This document shows positions 48,875-59,088 of a stretch of 63,038 nt of DNA, piece after piece (positions within the stretch are counted from its first letter, which is position 1; each line of letters starts with the position of its first letter). The notes under the pieces are model-generated. The model saw nothing but the letters and a program-made list of their open reading frames with translations, was not told the DNA's origin and made no database searches. The DNA is taken from positions 1 through 63,038 of the forward strand of contig JACPIY010000107.1 of assembly GCA_016187835.1 (NCBI GenBank), read 5' to 3'. The translations under genes were made by a program, and so were the position numbers. The DNA is from Deltaproteobacteria bacterium (lineage in GTDB: Bacteria; Desulfobacterota_D; UBA1144; Nemesobacterales; CSP1-2).

Positions 48875-51800
48875 TTAACGTTTACCTCTTTCATAACCCA
48901 AATTCGGCTGAAGCCATTTTTCTACCTCATCCACAGACATATTCTTGCGTCTGGCGTAGTCCTCAATCTGGTCCCGGTCTATTTGACCAACGTGGAAATA
49001 CTTCGCTTCAGGGTGGGCAAAGTACCAGCCTGAAACAGAGCTTGGAGGATTCATGGCAAAATTTTCGGTAAGAGAAATCCCGGTATTAGTTTCAGCATCG
49101 AGCAACTTCCAAAGCATACTCTTTTCAGTGTGGTCGGGGCAAGCTGGATAACCGGGCGCAGGGCGTATTCCCCTATATTTCTCTTTAATCAGGTTTTCAA
49201 AGGAAAGGTTTTCGTCCTTACCGTAACCCCAAAGAATTCGCGCTCTTTTATGCATCATTTCTGCAAGCGCTTCGGCAAAGCGATCGCCAAGAGCTTTCAC
49301 TATGATTGATGAGTAGTCATCATTTTTCGCTTTGAAAGTCTCGGCAAATTCTTCCACCTCATAACCCGCTGTAACAGCAAAGCCTCCGATGTAATCTTTT
49401 CGCCCTGAATCCTTCGGCGCAACAAAATCAGAAAGACAGTAATAAACACTGTCTTCCGCTTCCTTATCTCTCTGCTGACGCAGGAAATGAAACGTTCCAA
49501 GAGCTTCTTTACGGAAGTCATTGATGTAAACTTCTATATCATCTCCAATGCTATTCGCAGGCCAGAAGGCAATTACAGCACGGGCTCCAAAGCGTCTTTC
49601 CTTCACGATTTCTCCAAGAAGCCTCTCGGCATCTCTGAAGAGCTCCCGCGCCTGTTTACCGTACTTTTCATGCTCAAATATTTTGGGATAGACGCCTTTC
49701 AAATCCCAAGCCCAGAAAAATGGAGACCAGTCTATAAACGGAACTACCTCCTCAAGTGGTATGTCATCAAGAATCCGCAAGCCTAATTTTTTCGGGGTAT
49801 CAATCCGAACACTCTTCCAATCCGTTTTAAATCCTTTGGCGCGAGCTTCTTCCATAGATATGAAATTCCTTTGACTTTTTCCAGCCGCATAACGCTTGCG
49901 TTGTTCCTCTTGTTTCTGGCGGAGTTTTTCTTTATAGGACTCAAGTTTTTCAGGGTTTAGCAGCTCATTGCATACCCCAATAACAAGAGATGCATCCAGA
50001 ACGTGTTCGACGACACCGCCATATTGCGGAGCAATCTTGATTGCGGTGTGGGCTTTACTGGTTGTAGCTCCGCCTATGAGAAGTGGTATCTTAAAACCCT
50101 GGCGTTCCATCTCGGAAGCGTTATAGACCATCTCGTCAAGAGATGGAGTGATGAGTCCGCTCATGCCGATTATGTCGGCTTTTACTTCCCTGGCAGTGTT
50201 TAGAATCTTTTCACTGGGAACCATAACACCAAGGTCAAAAACCTCATAATTATTGCAGGCAAGAACGACAGAGACGATATTTTTCCCAATGTCGTGTACG
50301 TCGCCCTTTACCGTAGCAATAACAAACTTTCCTTGATTTCTTGTGTTTTGAGTCTTAGCTTTTTCCGCCTCCATAAATGGTTGAAGGTAAGCAACGGCTT
50401 TTTTCATAACGCGGGCACTTTTTACTACCTGAGGAAGAAACATCTTGCCCGCCCCGAAGAAGTCCCCTACAACCTTCATGCCATCCATGAGAGGACCTTC
50501 AATAACATCAAGAGGCCTTTCATATTGTTGACGGGCTTCCTCAGTATCCTCCTCGATATAATCAGTAATTCCGTTAACAAGAGCATAACTAAGGCGTTCA
50601 TTCACGGTGCCTCTGCGCCATGCTTTTTCATCTTTGATTTTATCTTTACCTTTATCCTTAACTCGTTCCGCAAAATCAATGAGCCGTTCCGTTGCGTCAG
50701 GTCTCAGATTGAGAAGAACATCCTCTACTAATTCAAGTAGCTCCTTGTCAATGTCTTCATAGACCGCCAGCATCCCGGCATTCACGATTCCCATATCAAG
50801 CCCGGCTTTGATTGCATGGTATAGAAAAACACTGTGCATGGCTTCGCGCACCAAATCGTTGCCGCGAAATGAAAAAGATATGTTGCTTATTCCACCGCTC
50901 GTACGGACTCCAGGACAGATAGCTTTAATCTCTCTTAAAGCTTCTATAAAGTCGAGAGCGTAGTTGTTATGCTCTTCTATCCCTGTAGCCACAGTGAGGA
51001 CGTTGGGGTCAAAAATAATATCAGTCGGATCCATTCCGACCTGTTCGGTCAGAAGCTTATATGCACGGTGACAAATACGAGCCTTGTCGGCTTTAGTTGC
51101 GGCTTGTCCTTCTTCATCAAAAGCCATAACCACAACGGCTGCGCCGTAGCGCATAATCAGACCTGCCTGATCAAGAAATTTTTTCTCCCCCTCTTTAAGG
51201 CTTATGGAATTCACAACGCACTTGCCTTGGATAGATCGAAGACCAGCTTCGATAACAGACCACTTAGAGCTGTCTATCATAGCAGGAACACGGGAAATAT
51301 CGGGTTCTGATGCAATCAGGTTTAAAAAGCGGGCCATGCAGGCTTCACCATCAAGCAGAGCTTCATCAAAATTTACGTCAATAATATTTGCACCGTTTTC
51401 TACCTGCTGCCTTGCAACGGATAGAGCTCCTTCAAAATCGTCTGCTTTAATGAGCTGCGCGAATTTTGGTGAGCCCGTTACGTTTGTGCGTTCTCCTATC
51501 ATGATAAAAGGAGTTGCATCGCCTTCTATTTTAAGAGGTTCAAGACCGCTGAGGCGTGTGGCCGGGGGAAGTTTGGGAATCTTGCGTGGAGGAATATCTC
51601 GCAATTTTTGTACTATAGCGCGTATATGTTGTGGTGTAGTTCCGCAACAGCCTCCAACTATGTTTATAAACCCGCTCCTAGCAAACTCTTCAAGATAACC
51701 TGATGTATCATCAGGTGTTTGATCGTAACCCGTGTCGCTTAGAGGATTGGGAAGCCCAGCATTTGGGTAGCAACTAGCGTAACACTCCGCAATTTTGGAA

Positions 51801-52597
51801 AGCTCTTCCATATAGGGGCGCATTTCCTTAGCCCCTAAAGCACAATTAATACCCACACTCAAGGGCTTAGCGTGCATAACGGAATACCAGAAAGCCTCAA
51901 TGGTTTGTCCAGAGAGGGTGCGTCCTGATGCGTCAGTAATCGTCACAGATAACATCACGGGGACGCGTACAGGATATTCATCAAAAAATTTCTCGATGGC
52001 AAAAATGGCGGCTTTTAAGTTGAGAGTATCAAAAGTAGTTTCAGGAAGAAGTATATCAATCCCGCCGTCAATAAGCCCTTTTACCTGCTCGTAATAAGCG
52101 TCAACCAATTCCTGAAAGGTGACGGCACGAAAGGCAGGATTGTTAACGTCAGGCGACATTGATGCAGTTTTGTTAGTTGGTCCCAGGGCTCCTGCCACAA
52201 AACATTTGCGTCCAGGGCTTCTTGACATAAATTCATCTACCATTTTTCGGGCGATTCCTGCAGCGGATTTATTCAGCTCATAGGCGATATGTTCAAGTCC
52301 ATAGTCGGCCTGAGAAATTCTCGTGCTGTTAAAGGTATTGGTTTCAATGATGTCCGCTCCTGCTTCGAGATATTCACGATGTATGCTGGCGATAATATCG
52401 GAACGGGTCAGATTCAAAAGGTCGTTGTTTCCTTTGAGGTCTTTATGATGATTCTTAAAGCGCTCGCCTCTAAAGTCTGCTTCTTCCAGCTTATATCGTT
52501 GAATCATAGTGCCCATTGCACCGTCAAGAAAGAGGATGCGCTCTTCGAGCAATTGACGGAGAACCTCTGCTTTTCTGGTTTCAGGTTTCTTTTGCAT
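48875..52597 (-). CDS. metH: Cobalamin-dependent methionine synthase
   Basis: [30 protein letters not shown]12-binding motif, [12 protein letters not shown]. Confidence 0.98.
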   Translation of the reverse strand: MQKKPETRKAEVLRQLLEERILFLDGAMGTMIQRYKLEEADFRGERFKNHHKDLKGNNDLLNLTRSDIIASIHREYLEAGADIIETNTFNSTRISQADYGLEHIAYELNKSAAGIARKMVDEFMSRSPGRKCFVAGALGPTNKTASMSPDVNNPAFRAVTFQELVDAYYEQVKGLIDGGIDILLPETTFDTLNLKAAIFAIEKFFDEYPVRVPVMLSVTITDASGRTLSGQTIEAFWYSVMHAKPLSVGINCALGAKEMRPYMEELSKIAECYASCYPNAGLPNPLSDTGYDQTPDDTSGYLEEFARSGFINIVGGCCGTTPQHIRAIVQKLRDIPPRKIPKLPPATRLSGLEPLKIEGDATPFIMIGERTNVTGSPKFAQLIKADDFEGALSVARQQVENGANIIDVNFDEALLDGEACMARFLNLIASEPDISRVPAMIDSSKWSVIEAGLRSIQGKCVVNSISLKEGEKKFLDQAGLIMRYGAAVVVMAFDEEGQAATKADKARICHRAYKLLTEQVGMDPTDIIFDPNVLTVATGIEEHNNYALDFIEALREIKAICPGVRTSGGISNISFSFRGNDLVREAMHSVFLYHAIKAGLDMGIVNAGMLAVYEDIDKELLELVEDVLLNLRPDATERLIDFAERVKDKGKDKIKDEKAWRRGTVNERLSYALVNGITDYIEEDTEEARQQYERPLDVIEGPLMDGMKVVGDFFGAGKMFLPQVVKSARVMKKAVAYLQPFMEAEKAKTQNTRNQGKFVIATVKGDVHDIGKNIVSVVLACNNYEVFDLGVMVPSEKILNTAREVKADIIGMSGLITPSLDEMVYNASEMERQGFKIPLLIGGATTSKAHTAIKIAPQYGGVVEHVLDASLVIGVCNELLNPEKLESYKEKLRQKQEEQRKRYAAGKSQRNFISMEEARAKGFKTDWKSVRIDTPKKLGLRILDDIPLEEVVPFIDWSPFFWAWDLKGVYPKIFEHEKYGKQARELFRDAERLLGEIVKERRFGARAVIAFWPANSIGDDIEVYINDFRKEALGTFHFLRQQRDKEAEDSVYYCLSDFVAPKDSGRKDYIGGFAVTAGYEVEEFAETFKAKNDDYSSIIVKALGDRFAEALAEMMHKRARILWGYGKDENLSFENLIKEKYRGIRPAPGYPACPDHTEKSMLWKLLDAETNTGISLTENFAMNPPSSVSGWYFAHPEAKYFHVGQIDRDQIEDYARRKNMSVDEVEKWLQPNLGYERGKR

Positions 52598-52672
52598 GGT
52601 AAAGATTATACCAAAAAGGTACTAAAGTTTTATAGAACATCAAGCTTCTTCCCAATTTAACCCTATCATAAT

Positions 52673-52701
52673 GTAGAGACGACCCGCCGGGTCGTCTCTA
52701 C
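52673..52701. repeat. GTAG-REP palindrome, family B
   Basis: GTAGAGACGACCCGCCGGGTCGTCTCTAC; second copy at 57720. Confidence 0.88.
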
Positions 52702-52723
52702 TCTAGCTTGGCAATAAAAACAC

Positions 52724-53236
52724 CTAATCAGACTTTGGCTCCTCCAAAAGATAAGAATAGTTTTCTTTTATTTTCTCAATCAGAGACAAATCCAGTTTGG
52801 TTTTATAAAGAGTTTTTGCTTTCGAGATCTGTTCCAGTGTTAGTTTCTTCACCCCTGTTAGATTTGCCTCCCCAAGATTAACTCCGTCCAGATTGGCAAT
52901 TTTGAGCGATGCCCCCACCAGATTAGCCTTAGAGAGGTCAGAGCGCATAAGGTGTGCCCCCTCGAGGTTTGAACCCTCTAAGTTCGCTCCTTCAAGTATT
53001 GCATCTTCGAGATTCGTCCCATAAAGATTTGCTTCCTTTAGATTTGCTGCTTGTAAGTTGGTTTTCTTGCAGAACGCCAATTTAAGATTTGCTCCTTCGA
53101 GGTTTACTCCCTTAAGATTTAATCCATTCAGGGTTGCCCAGCTTAACTCGGCTTGTGTACTGGGATTTTTCTCCCTCCACTCATTCCAAACCTCTGTACC
53201 TTGCTTGAGTAGATCAACATGCTCTTTTTTTGCCAT
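52724..53236 (-). CDS. Pentapeptide repeat protein
   Basis: WNEWR N-terminus followed by tandem A(N/D)LxG-type pentapeptides. Confidence 0.92.
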   Translation of the reverse strand: MAKKEHVDLLKQGTEVWNEWREKNPSTQAELSWATLNGLNLKGVNLEGANLKLAFCKKTNLQAANLKEANLYGTNLEDAILEGANLEGSNLEGAHLMRSDLSKANLVGASLKIANLDGVNLGEANLTGVKKLTLEQISKAKTLYKTKLDLSLIEKIKENYSYLLEEPKSD

Positions 53237-53265
53237 TATCTACCACCTCTAGGCAACTTTGTTCA

Positions 53266-53329
53266 TGGAACAGACAAGAATGTCTATTCCAAAAATTATA
53301 AAACGGTGGGTCAGACATTCCTGTCTGAC
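53266..53329. repeat. Inverted pair of REP-like hairpins (AGACATTC family)
   Basis: TGGAACAGACAAGAATGTCTATTCCA and GGTGGGTCAGACATTCCTGTCTGAC. Confidence 0.7.
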
Positions 53330-53394
53330 AAACACTCGGTTCATTAACAAGATTTATAGACTACCCAAATTCAATTGTACCTTTATGGCCAGTG

Positions 53395-54213
53395 TTATTC
53401 CCAATTATTCCTCAGTTCACGTAACTCCTTAAAAATTATCCTCGGATCATTCCCAATGGATGTTTTTCTCTTTTTCATTCCTGCAATCACTTCCGGGGCG
53501 TCATATCGGAAAAAGGGATTGTATTTTTTCTCTTCTCCAATTGTAGTAGGACAAGACTCTTTTCCCTGAGAGCAGGCAGACCTTACTTCATCAAGCTTAA
53601 TCCTTGCCGCCTTATTGTCAGGTTCAATATGCAAAGCAAATCCTAGGTTTGCCTCTGCATAATCATGTCCAACGAATACCCTGAAGTTATCTGAAAGAGA
53701 CCTGAGCTTGAACGCAATACTTTCGTAAAGTACATCAACGTTTCCTCTATACCTAGTATTACCGCAGCCAGCCAGGAATAAGGTATCTCCAACAAAAACA
53801 TTTTCCCCAAGGACCAAAGAAACATGCTCGGGACAATGCCCCGGAGTATGGATAACCCTGATTTTTTGTCTTCCTAAATCTATTACATCGGCATCTTTAA
53901 TAGAGACACTCCCAGGAGAAACAAACTCTTGTCCCTTCGGATGAATTAGAATACTAGCTCCCGTAGCTTTGATTAATGCGTTGTTTCCCCCTATATGGTC
54001 AGGATGGGCATGAGTGTTGATTATGTATCTAACCGTAAGACCTTGATCTCTTATAAAATCAAGGATGGGTTTTGCATTAAGCGGGTCTATAACAGCGCAT
54101 TCCAAAGTTTCGCAGCACCAAACAACATAGTTATAGTTGTTGTCACTCCCTTCTATGCGTATCCTTGCAATGCCATAGCCTTTTTCAGTAAATAAATCCA
54201 TTTCCTTCTCCAT
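53395..54213 (-). CDS. gloB: Hydroxyacylglutathione hydrolase (glyoxalase II) family
   Basis: NTHAHPDHIGGN, HTPGH, GDTLFLAGCG, GHDY, EEKKYNPF. Confidence 0.85.
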   Translation of the reverse strand: MEKEMDLFTEKGYGIARIRIEGSDNNYNYVVWCCETLECAVIDPLNAKPILDFIRDQGLTVRYIINTHAHPDHIGGNNALIKATGASILIHPKGQEFVSPGSVSIKDADVIDLGRQKIRVIHTPGHCPEHVSLVLGENVFVGDTLFLAGCGNTRYRGNVDVLYESIAFKLRSLSDNFRVFVGHDYAEANLGFALHIEPDNKAARIKLDEVRSACSQGKESCPTTIGEEKKYNPFFRYDAPEVIAGMKKRKTSIGNDPRIIFKELRELRNNWE

Positions 54214-54219
54214 AAAAAA

Positions 54220-54495
54220 TCAACTTCCCATCTTAAGCACCCTGCATTTATCAAAGATGCTGCACGGAAAAGATAGTTTATTTAGCAAAGCCTCCAGATC
54301 AGTGAAGCTTCCAGAAAGCATAAGTTTCATGCTTAATCTCTTTCCATGCACAAGAACAAAAATATCTTCAATTGAAGAGAATTTTGCAAAGCCGTTTTCA
54401 ACTCCTTTTAGAATTCCCCTTATAACAATTCTTGACTCCATAACAACCGCTTCTATATTCATGCCGACAAACTGCTTTATGTCCTGCTCTTTCAT
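54220..54495 (-). CDS. Hypothetical protein
   Basis: 91-aa ATG ORF with AGGAGA SD, 6 bp upstream of gloB. Confidence 0.65.
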   Translation of the reverse strand: MKEQDIKQFVGMNIEAVVMESRIVIRGILKGVENGFAKFSSIEDIFVLVHGKRLSMKLMLSGSFTDLEALLNKLSFPCSIFDKCRVLKMGS

Positions 54496-54614
54496 TGCAA
54501 TTCTCCTAGAATTTACAGTTTTATTAGCTGCAAGTATTGGGTAAACTAATTATGCCATAAATTCTTATTGACCTTTAATATGATCATTATACTCAAAAAG
54601 CCCATTCATTAGCC

Positions 54615-55043
54615 ATGCAAAAAAGACTCATTAAAACACAAACTATAAGGGGAAAAAATATAGAACCGTTCATTGTTCTGGCCATAGTGCTGCTTATTGC
54701 ATGCGGTGGAGGTAAGGAAAAAGAAATTCCCGGAATGAATATTGCTGGGATAAGAACTACAATTTCAAGAATACTCATCTCTCCTCTAGCTTTTGATAGC
54801 GCGATAGTGGCCGTTGAAGGATTAGCCCATGATGTGAAAAAAGAAACCGTAAATGGAGAAAAAACTGAGAAAACCTTTTTTAAACTCGCCGATCTCAGGG
54901 GGAATTTTATAAACGTATCCATATTAGGCAAATGGGAAATTGTCGAAAATGACCATCTTATAGTTGGAGGAATATATAGAAGAACAACAAACGAAATAGA
55001 GGCCGAACAGGTAGAGAAAATCCAACTAGAAGAAGAAAAATAG
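54615..55043 (+). CDS. Putative lipoprotein, OB-fold-like
   Basis: Lipobox LIAC; V.VEG...F.L.D..G..I.V...V.G pattern. Confidence 0.65.
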   Translation: MQKRLIKTQTIRGKNIEPFIVLAIVLLIACGGGKEKEIPGMNIAGIRTTISRILISPLAFDSAIVAVEGLAHDVKKETVNGEKTEKTFFKLADLRGNFINVSILGKWEIVENDHLIVGGIYRRTTNEIEAEQVEKIQLEEEK

Positions 55044-55173
55044 GATAAGTTTGGATAATTATTTTACCACAAAAACACTGATTTTGGCTTTTATTTGCCG
55101 CCCTATTTTTCTTGACAACCTTATAAATAAAGGGTAATTCTTTACGGTCACTCTATAATAAAAGAGGTATTGG

Positions 55174-56409
55174 ATGAGTTATGTAAAGGGACTCAAGTGT
55201 AGGGAATGTGGGAGAGAATACCCTAAGGAACCCATTCACGTTTGTGAATTCTGTTTTGGCCCTCTTGAGGTAAGCTACGACTATGATGAGCTTAAGAATG
55301 TCATCTCACGAGAGGCAATTCAAAAAAGAGAACACAACATCTGGCGATATAGAGAACTTCTACCGATTGACAATCCACCGAGCGTTGGATTCCATGTTGG
55401 GTTCACACCACTTTTAAAGGCCAATAATCTGGCAAGAACCTTGGGCGTCCGAGAGATTTATATCAAAAACGACTCTGTATGTTATCCTACCCTTTCATTT
55501 AAAGACAGAGTCGTCTCAGTAGCCCTTTCTAAAGCAAAAGAGTTCGGGTTTAAAACAGTTGCTTGCGCTTCCACAGGTAATCTCGCTAATGCAGTTTCTG
55601 CACTCTCTTCACTCGGAAAGCTTGAAACCTACATATTTATTCCCCGAGACCTAGAGCAGGCAAAGATTATCGGTACTTCTGTTTATGGAGCTAATCTTAT
55701 AGGCATTAATGGAAATTACGATGACGTCAACCGACTTTGCAGTGAGATTGCAGGGAAATTTGGTTGGGGCTTTGTTAATATAAATATGCGCCCATACTAT
55801 GCTGAGGGATCAAAAACATTTGGCTTTGAAATAATGGAGCAACTTGGATGGCGGGTCCCGAAGCACATCGTAATACCAATGGCAAGCGGATCTTTGCTGA
55901 CTAAGATATGGAAATCTATCAAGGAATTTGAGAGACTGGGTCTAGTAGATAGGACAGAGACAAAAATCTATGGAGCCCAAGCTAAAGGATGTTCTCCCAT
56001 TACAACTGCAGTAAAAAACGGTTGGGAGATTTTTAAGCCCGTGAAACCGGATACCATTGCAAAATCTCTTGCCATAGGCAATCCTGCTGATGGGTTTTAC
56101 GCAATGTGCGTAATTAGAGAAAGTGGAGGCTTTAGCGAAGATGCCACCGATAAAGAAATCGTAGAAGGAATGAAACTACTTGCGGAAACCGAAGGAATAT
56201 TTACAGAAACAGCAGGGGGTGTAACAATGGCTGTGACAAAAAAACTTATCAATCAAGGCGTTATTCCAAGAGATGAATCAATCGTGGTATCTATTACTGG
56301 AAATGGGCTTAAGACTCAAGAACCTCTAGTTGATAGGGTTGCAAAACCTCATCTCATTCAAGCAAAGCTTGAAGAATTTGAAGAGCTTTATAACAGAATT
56401 AAAAGTTGA
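55174..56409 (+). CDS. thrC: Threonine synthase (PLP fold type II, zinc-ribbon N-terminus)
   Basis: CREC/CEFC, PTLSFKDR, CASTGNL, EGSKT, ITGNGLK. Confidence 0.88.
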   Translation: MSYVKGLKCRECGREYPKEPIHVCEFCFGPLEVSYDYDELKNVISREAIQKREHNIWRYRELLPIDNPPSVGFHVGFTPLLKANNLARTLGVREIYIKNDSVCYPTLSFKDRVVSVALSKAKEFGFKTVACASTGNLANAVSALSSLGKLETYIFIPRDLEQAKIIGTSVYGANLIGINGNYDDVNRLCSEIAGKFGWGFVNINMRPYYAEGSKTFGFEIMEQLGWRVPKHIVIPMASGSLLTKIWKSIKEFERLGLVDRTETKIYGAQAKGCSPITTAVKNGWEIFKPVKPDTIAKSLAIGNPADGFYAMCVIRESGGFSEDATDKEIVEGMKLLAETEGIFTETAGGVTMAVTKKLINQGVIPRDESIVVSITGNGLKTQEPLVDRVAKPHLIQAKLEEFEELYNRIKS

Positions 56410-56429
56410 ATCAAAAGGAGGTAACCAAA

Positions 56430-56708
56430 ATGCCCTCTGTGAGAATTCCAACTCCACTTAGGAGACTTACCGGAGAGAAGGATGAAGTTAGAGTAAATGC
56501 CAAGAACATAGAAGATTTGATTCAGGAGCTTGAAAAACAGTTTCCAGGCATAAAAGAAAGGCTCTGTGACGAGACTGGAAATGTAAGAAGATTCATAAAC
56601 CTTTACGTCAATAACGAAGATATAAGATTTCTGAAAGGAATAGAGACAGAGATCAATGACAGTGATGTTGTTTCAATAGTACCTGCAATTGCAGGTGGCA
56701 AGGTATAG
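56430..56708 (+). CDS. MoaD/ThiS/CysO-family sulfur carrier protein
   Basis: IPTPLR, FINLYVNNEDIRFL, VPAIAGG(KV); AGGAGG SD before ATG 56430. Confidence 0.9.
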   Translation: MPSVRIPTPLRRLTGEKDEVRVNAKNIEDLIQELEKQFPGIKERLCDETGNVRRFINLYVNNEDIRFLKGIETEINDSDVVSIVPAIAGGKV

Positions 56709-56994
56709 TAAGGACCGAAATGAAATTTGAACTTATTCATACTTTCTAGACCTTCAATTAAATAAAACAATTTTGAAGATAATACACATAAACGAATGGA
56801 AGGAAAGAGTTATTTTATGAATAAATTTATTGAAATTTCAGGAAATATCAGGACAATAACTAACCACGTATGAGAAGATATTTTCTTATCTTGGACCTTG
56901 TTAGAGAATTGCAATTAATAAACTTAAATTTCAAGACCCCGGATTTGTAATAGAATAAAAATTAAACAAACAATCACAAGGAGGTATTGGTAAA

Positions 56995-57690
56995 ATGAGC
57001 AAGAATAAATCTCTAATACTTTTTTTGCTTTTAGTCTTAACCTTTGCTTTCGGCTGTGCTAAGAAACCTGACCAAGAACTTAGCAGTGCTGAGGAGGCAC
57101 TTAGAGCGGCACAGGAAGCGGGCGCAGAGGAACTCGCTCCAGAGGAATACGAAGCTGCAGAGAAACTGATAGAAAGGGCAAGAGAACTTATTAGTCAAGG
57201 GAAATACGATGAGGCAAAAGAGCTGCTACGTCAGGCTAAAGCAAAAGCCGAAGAGGCAAAGAATAAAGCTGAATTCGCAAAACAAGAAAAGAACCTGGAG
57301 GAACTCAGACAAGGAATTCCTCAAGTAACAGGGCTTGGAATTCAGGATATATTCTTTGATTATGACCGTTCAAACATTACGACTGATGCAAGACCTGTGC
57401 TTGACAATAATGCCTCAATTCTAAGAAATAATCCGAATGTTAACGTTGTGATAGAAGGCTATTGCGACATAAGAGGGACAGATGAGTACAACCTTGCACT
57501 TGGGCAGAGACGAGCTGAATCTGCAAAGAATTATCTAATTCGTCTTGGTATTTCGCCCTCAAAAATACAGGCGGTAAGCCGAGGAGAGACTACTCAGTGG
57601 GCAGAAGGAACAACAGAGGGAGCATATCAGCAAAATAGGAGAGCCCACTTTATTCCCACTTCCGCATCTTTTGGTGGCCCTTCAAGCTAG
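56995..57690 (+). CDS. pal: Pal/OmpA-family lipoprotein with an N-terminal DUF4398-like helical domain
   Basis: Lipobox AFGC, Ala/Glu-rich helices, FFDYD, IEGYCDIRGTDEYNLALGQRRA, NRRA. Confidence 0.8.
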   Translation: MSKNKSLILFLLLVLTFAFGCAKKPDQELSSAEEALRAAQEAGAEELAPEEYEAAEKLIERARELISQGKYDEAKELLRQAKAKAEEAKNKAEFAKQEKNLEELRQGIPQVTGLGIQDIFFDYDRSNITTDARPVLDNNASILRNNPNVNVVIEGYCDIRGTDEYNLALGQRRAESAKNYLIRLGISPSKIQAVSRGETTQWAEGTTEGAYQQNRRAHFIPTSASFGGPSS

Positions 57691-57719
57691 TTTTTCCTCA
57701 TACTCCGGATGATAATAGC

Positions 57720-57748
57720 GTAGAGACGACCCCCGGGGTCGTCTCTAC
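57720..57748. repeat. GTAG-REP palindrome, family B
   Basis: GTAGAGACGACCCCCGGGGTCGTCTCTAC. Confidence 0.88.
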
Positions 57749-57970
57749 AGTACTGAATAAGAGCCTAAGAAAAGAACAAAGCATAGAGAATTAAAACATA
57801 CTATGTTGTAACTCAGTAAGATTTAAGATGGTGTTTTAAGTAATGCATATACGCTTTCCCCAAATTGTCTATCCATATATAACCAATCCTGTTATTGGGT
57901 TATCCGTTAGTTAAATAGGTATAAGATTTGAAATCAGGGACTTGAGTTGTTTAATTTGGCGTGCATTTAC

Positions 57971-59062
57971 TCATCCAAACAATTCACGGAATTTCTCGAA
58001 AAAATTCTTTACAGTTGGATTTTGATTACCTTCACCCGCTTTTGCAAATTCTTCGAGCAGCTCTTTTTGCCTTGAATTGAGGTTCACGGGTACCTCGACG
58101 TTTACCTTAACGTAAAGATCCCCCCTACCATTTCCGTTAACGGATGTTACACCTTTATCTTTAAGCCTAAACGCTCGTCCAGGCTGCGTTCCAGGTGGGA
58201 TTTTAATTGTGGTTTTACCTTCAAGGGTTGGAACCTCTATTTCCGCTCCTAGCGCCGCTTGGATGAAACTCACAGGGATTTCACAAAAAATGTCCTTTCC
58301 CTCTCGCTTAAAGAACGGATGCTCGCTCACGTATATTTCAATATAGAGATCACCACCTGGTCCACCGAAAACTCCTACCTCACCTTCTCCGCGAATCCTT
58401 AGCCTCGCGCCGCCGCTGACTCCAGCAGGGATTTTTACTTTAACCTTATTTTCAGAGATTATAAATCCTTCCCCACGACATCTAGGACAAGGCTTTTTTA
58501 TCACTCTTCCAGCACCTCTACAGCTTGAACAGGTTCTGCTAAGAGCAAAAAAACCTTCTGAGTATTTGATAGCTCCTTTTCCACCACATACCATACATAC
58601 AGCTTCTCCGCCAGGTGCAGCCCCTCTTCCACCACATTCCGAACAAAAGACTCTTTTGGGTATAGAGATTTCTTTTTCAACACCAAAAGCAGCTTCTTCA
58701 AAACTAAGCTCAAGATTATACTTTAAATCCCTGCCCCTTTCAGGACGGCGTCTCCTGCCGGCATTAAAAACCTCGTCAAACAGATTCTCAAAAAGATCAT
58801 TAAAATCACCCGAGAAGCCCACATCCGAAAACAATCCCTCACCCGACATATGACCAAAACTATCGTATTGAGCTCTTTTTTCAGAATCTCTCAGAACTTG
58901 ATATGCCTCGTTAATTTCCTTAAACCTCTCTTCAGCCTGAGCATTCTCGGGATTTCTGTCAGGATGATACTGAAAGGCAAGTTTCTTGTAAGCTTTTTTT
59001 ATCTCTTCCTGAGTGGCACTTCGACTTAGCCCTAAAACTTCATAATAGTCTCTTTTTGTCAT
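57971..59062 (-). CDS. dnaJ: Chaperone DnaJ
   Basis: DYYEVLG, HPD, G/F region, four CxxCxGxG repeats. Confidence 0.97.
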   Translation of the reverse strand: MTKRDYYEVLGLSRSATQEEIKKAYKKLAFQYHPDRNPENAQAEERFKEINEAYQVLRDSEKRAQYDSFGHMSGEGLFSDVGFSGDFNDLFENLFDEVFNAGRRRRPERGRDLKYNLELSFEEAAFGVEKEISIPKRVFCSECGGRGAAPGGEAVCMVCGGKGAIKYSEGFFALSRTCSSCRGAGRVIKKPCPRCRGEGFIISENKVKVKIPAGVSGGARLRIRGEGEVGVFGGPGGDLYIEIYVSEHPFFKREGKDIFCEIPVSFIQAALGAEIEVPTLEGKTTIKIPPGTQPGRAFRLKDKGVTSVNGNGRGDLYVKVNVEVPVNLNSRQKELLEEFAKAGEGNQNPTVKNFFEKFRELFG

Positions 59063-59088
59063 AATACATCATCCCTGTAGATATTACA

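Noticed and set aside
46703-49024. The three 26-bp identical repeats as a CRISPR array
   Set aside because: Spacing is ~0.9-1.2 kb, the repeats are metH coding sequence, and no cas genes are present.
46703-49024. Diversity-generating retroelement template/variable repeats in metH
   Set aside because: No reverse transcriptase in the window, and the differences are not adenine-specific but mostly third-position or random.
48824-49033. 69-aa plus-strand ORF over the metH 3' end
   Set aside because: Antisense to metH, GTG start, no recognisable motif; likely spurious.
57838-57864. Possible fifth copy of the GTAGGGAACG REP (AATGCATATACGCTTTCCC)
   Set aside because: Too degenerate to support.
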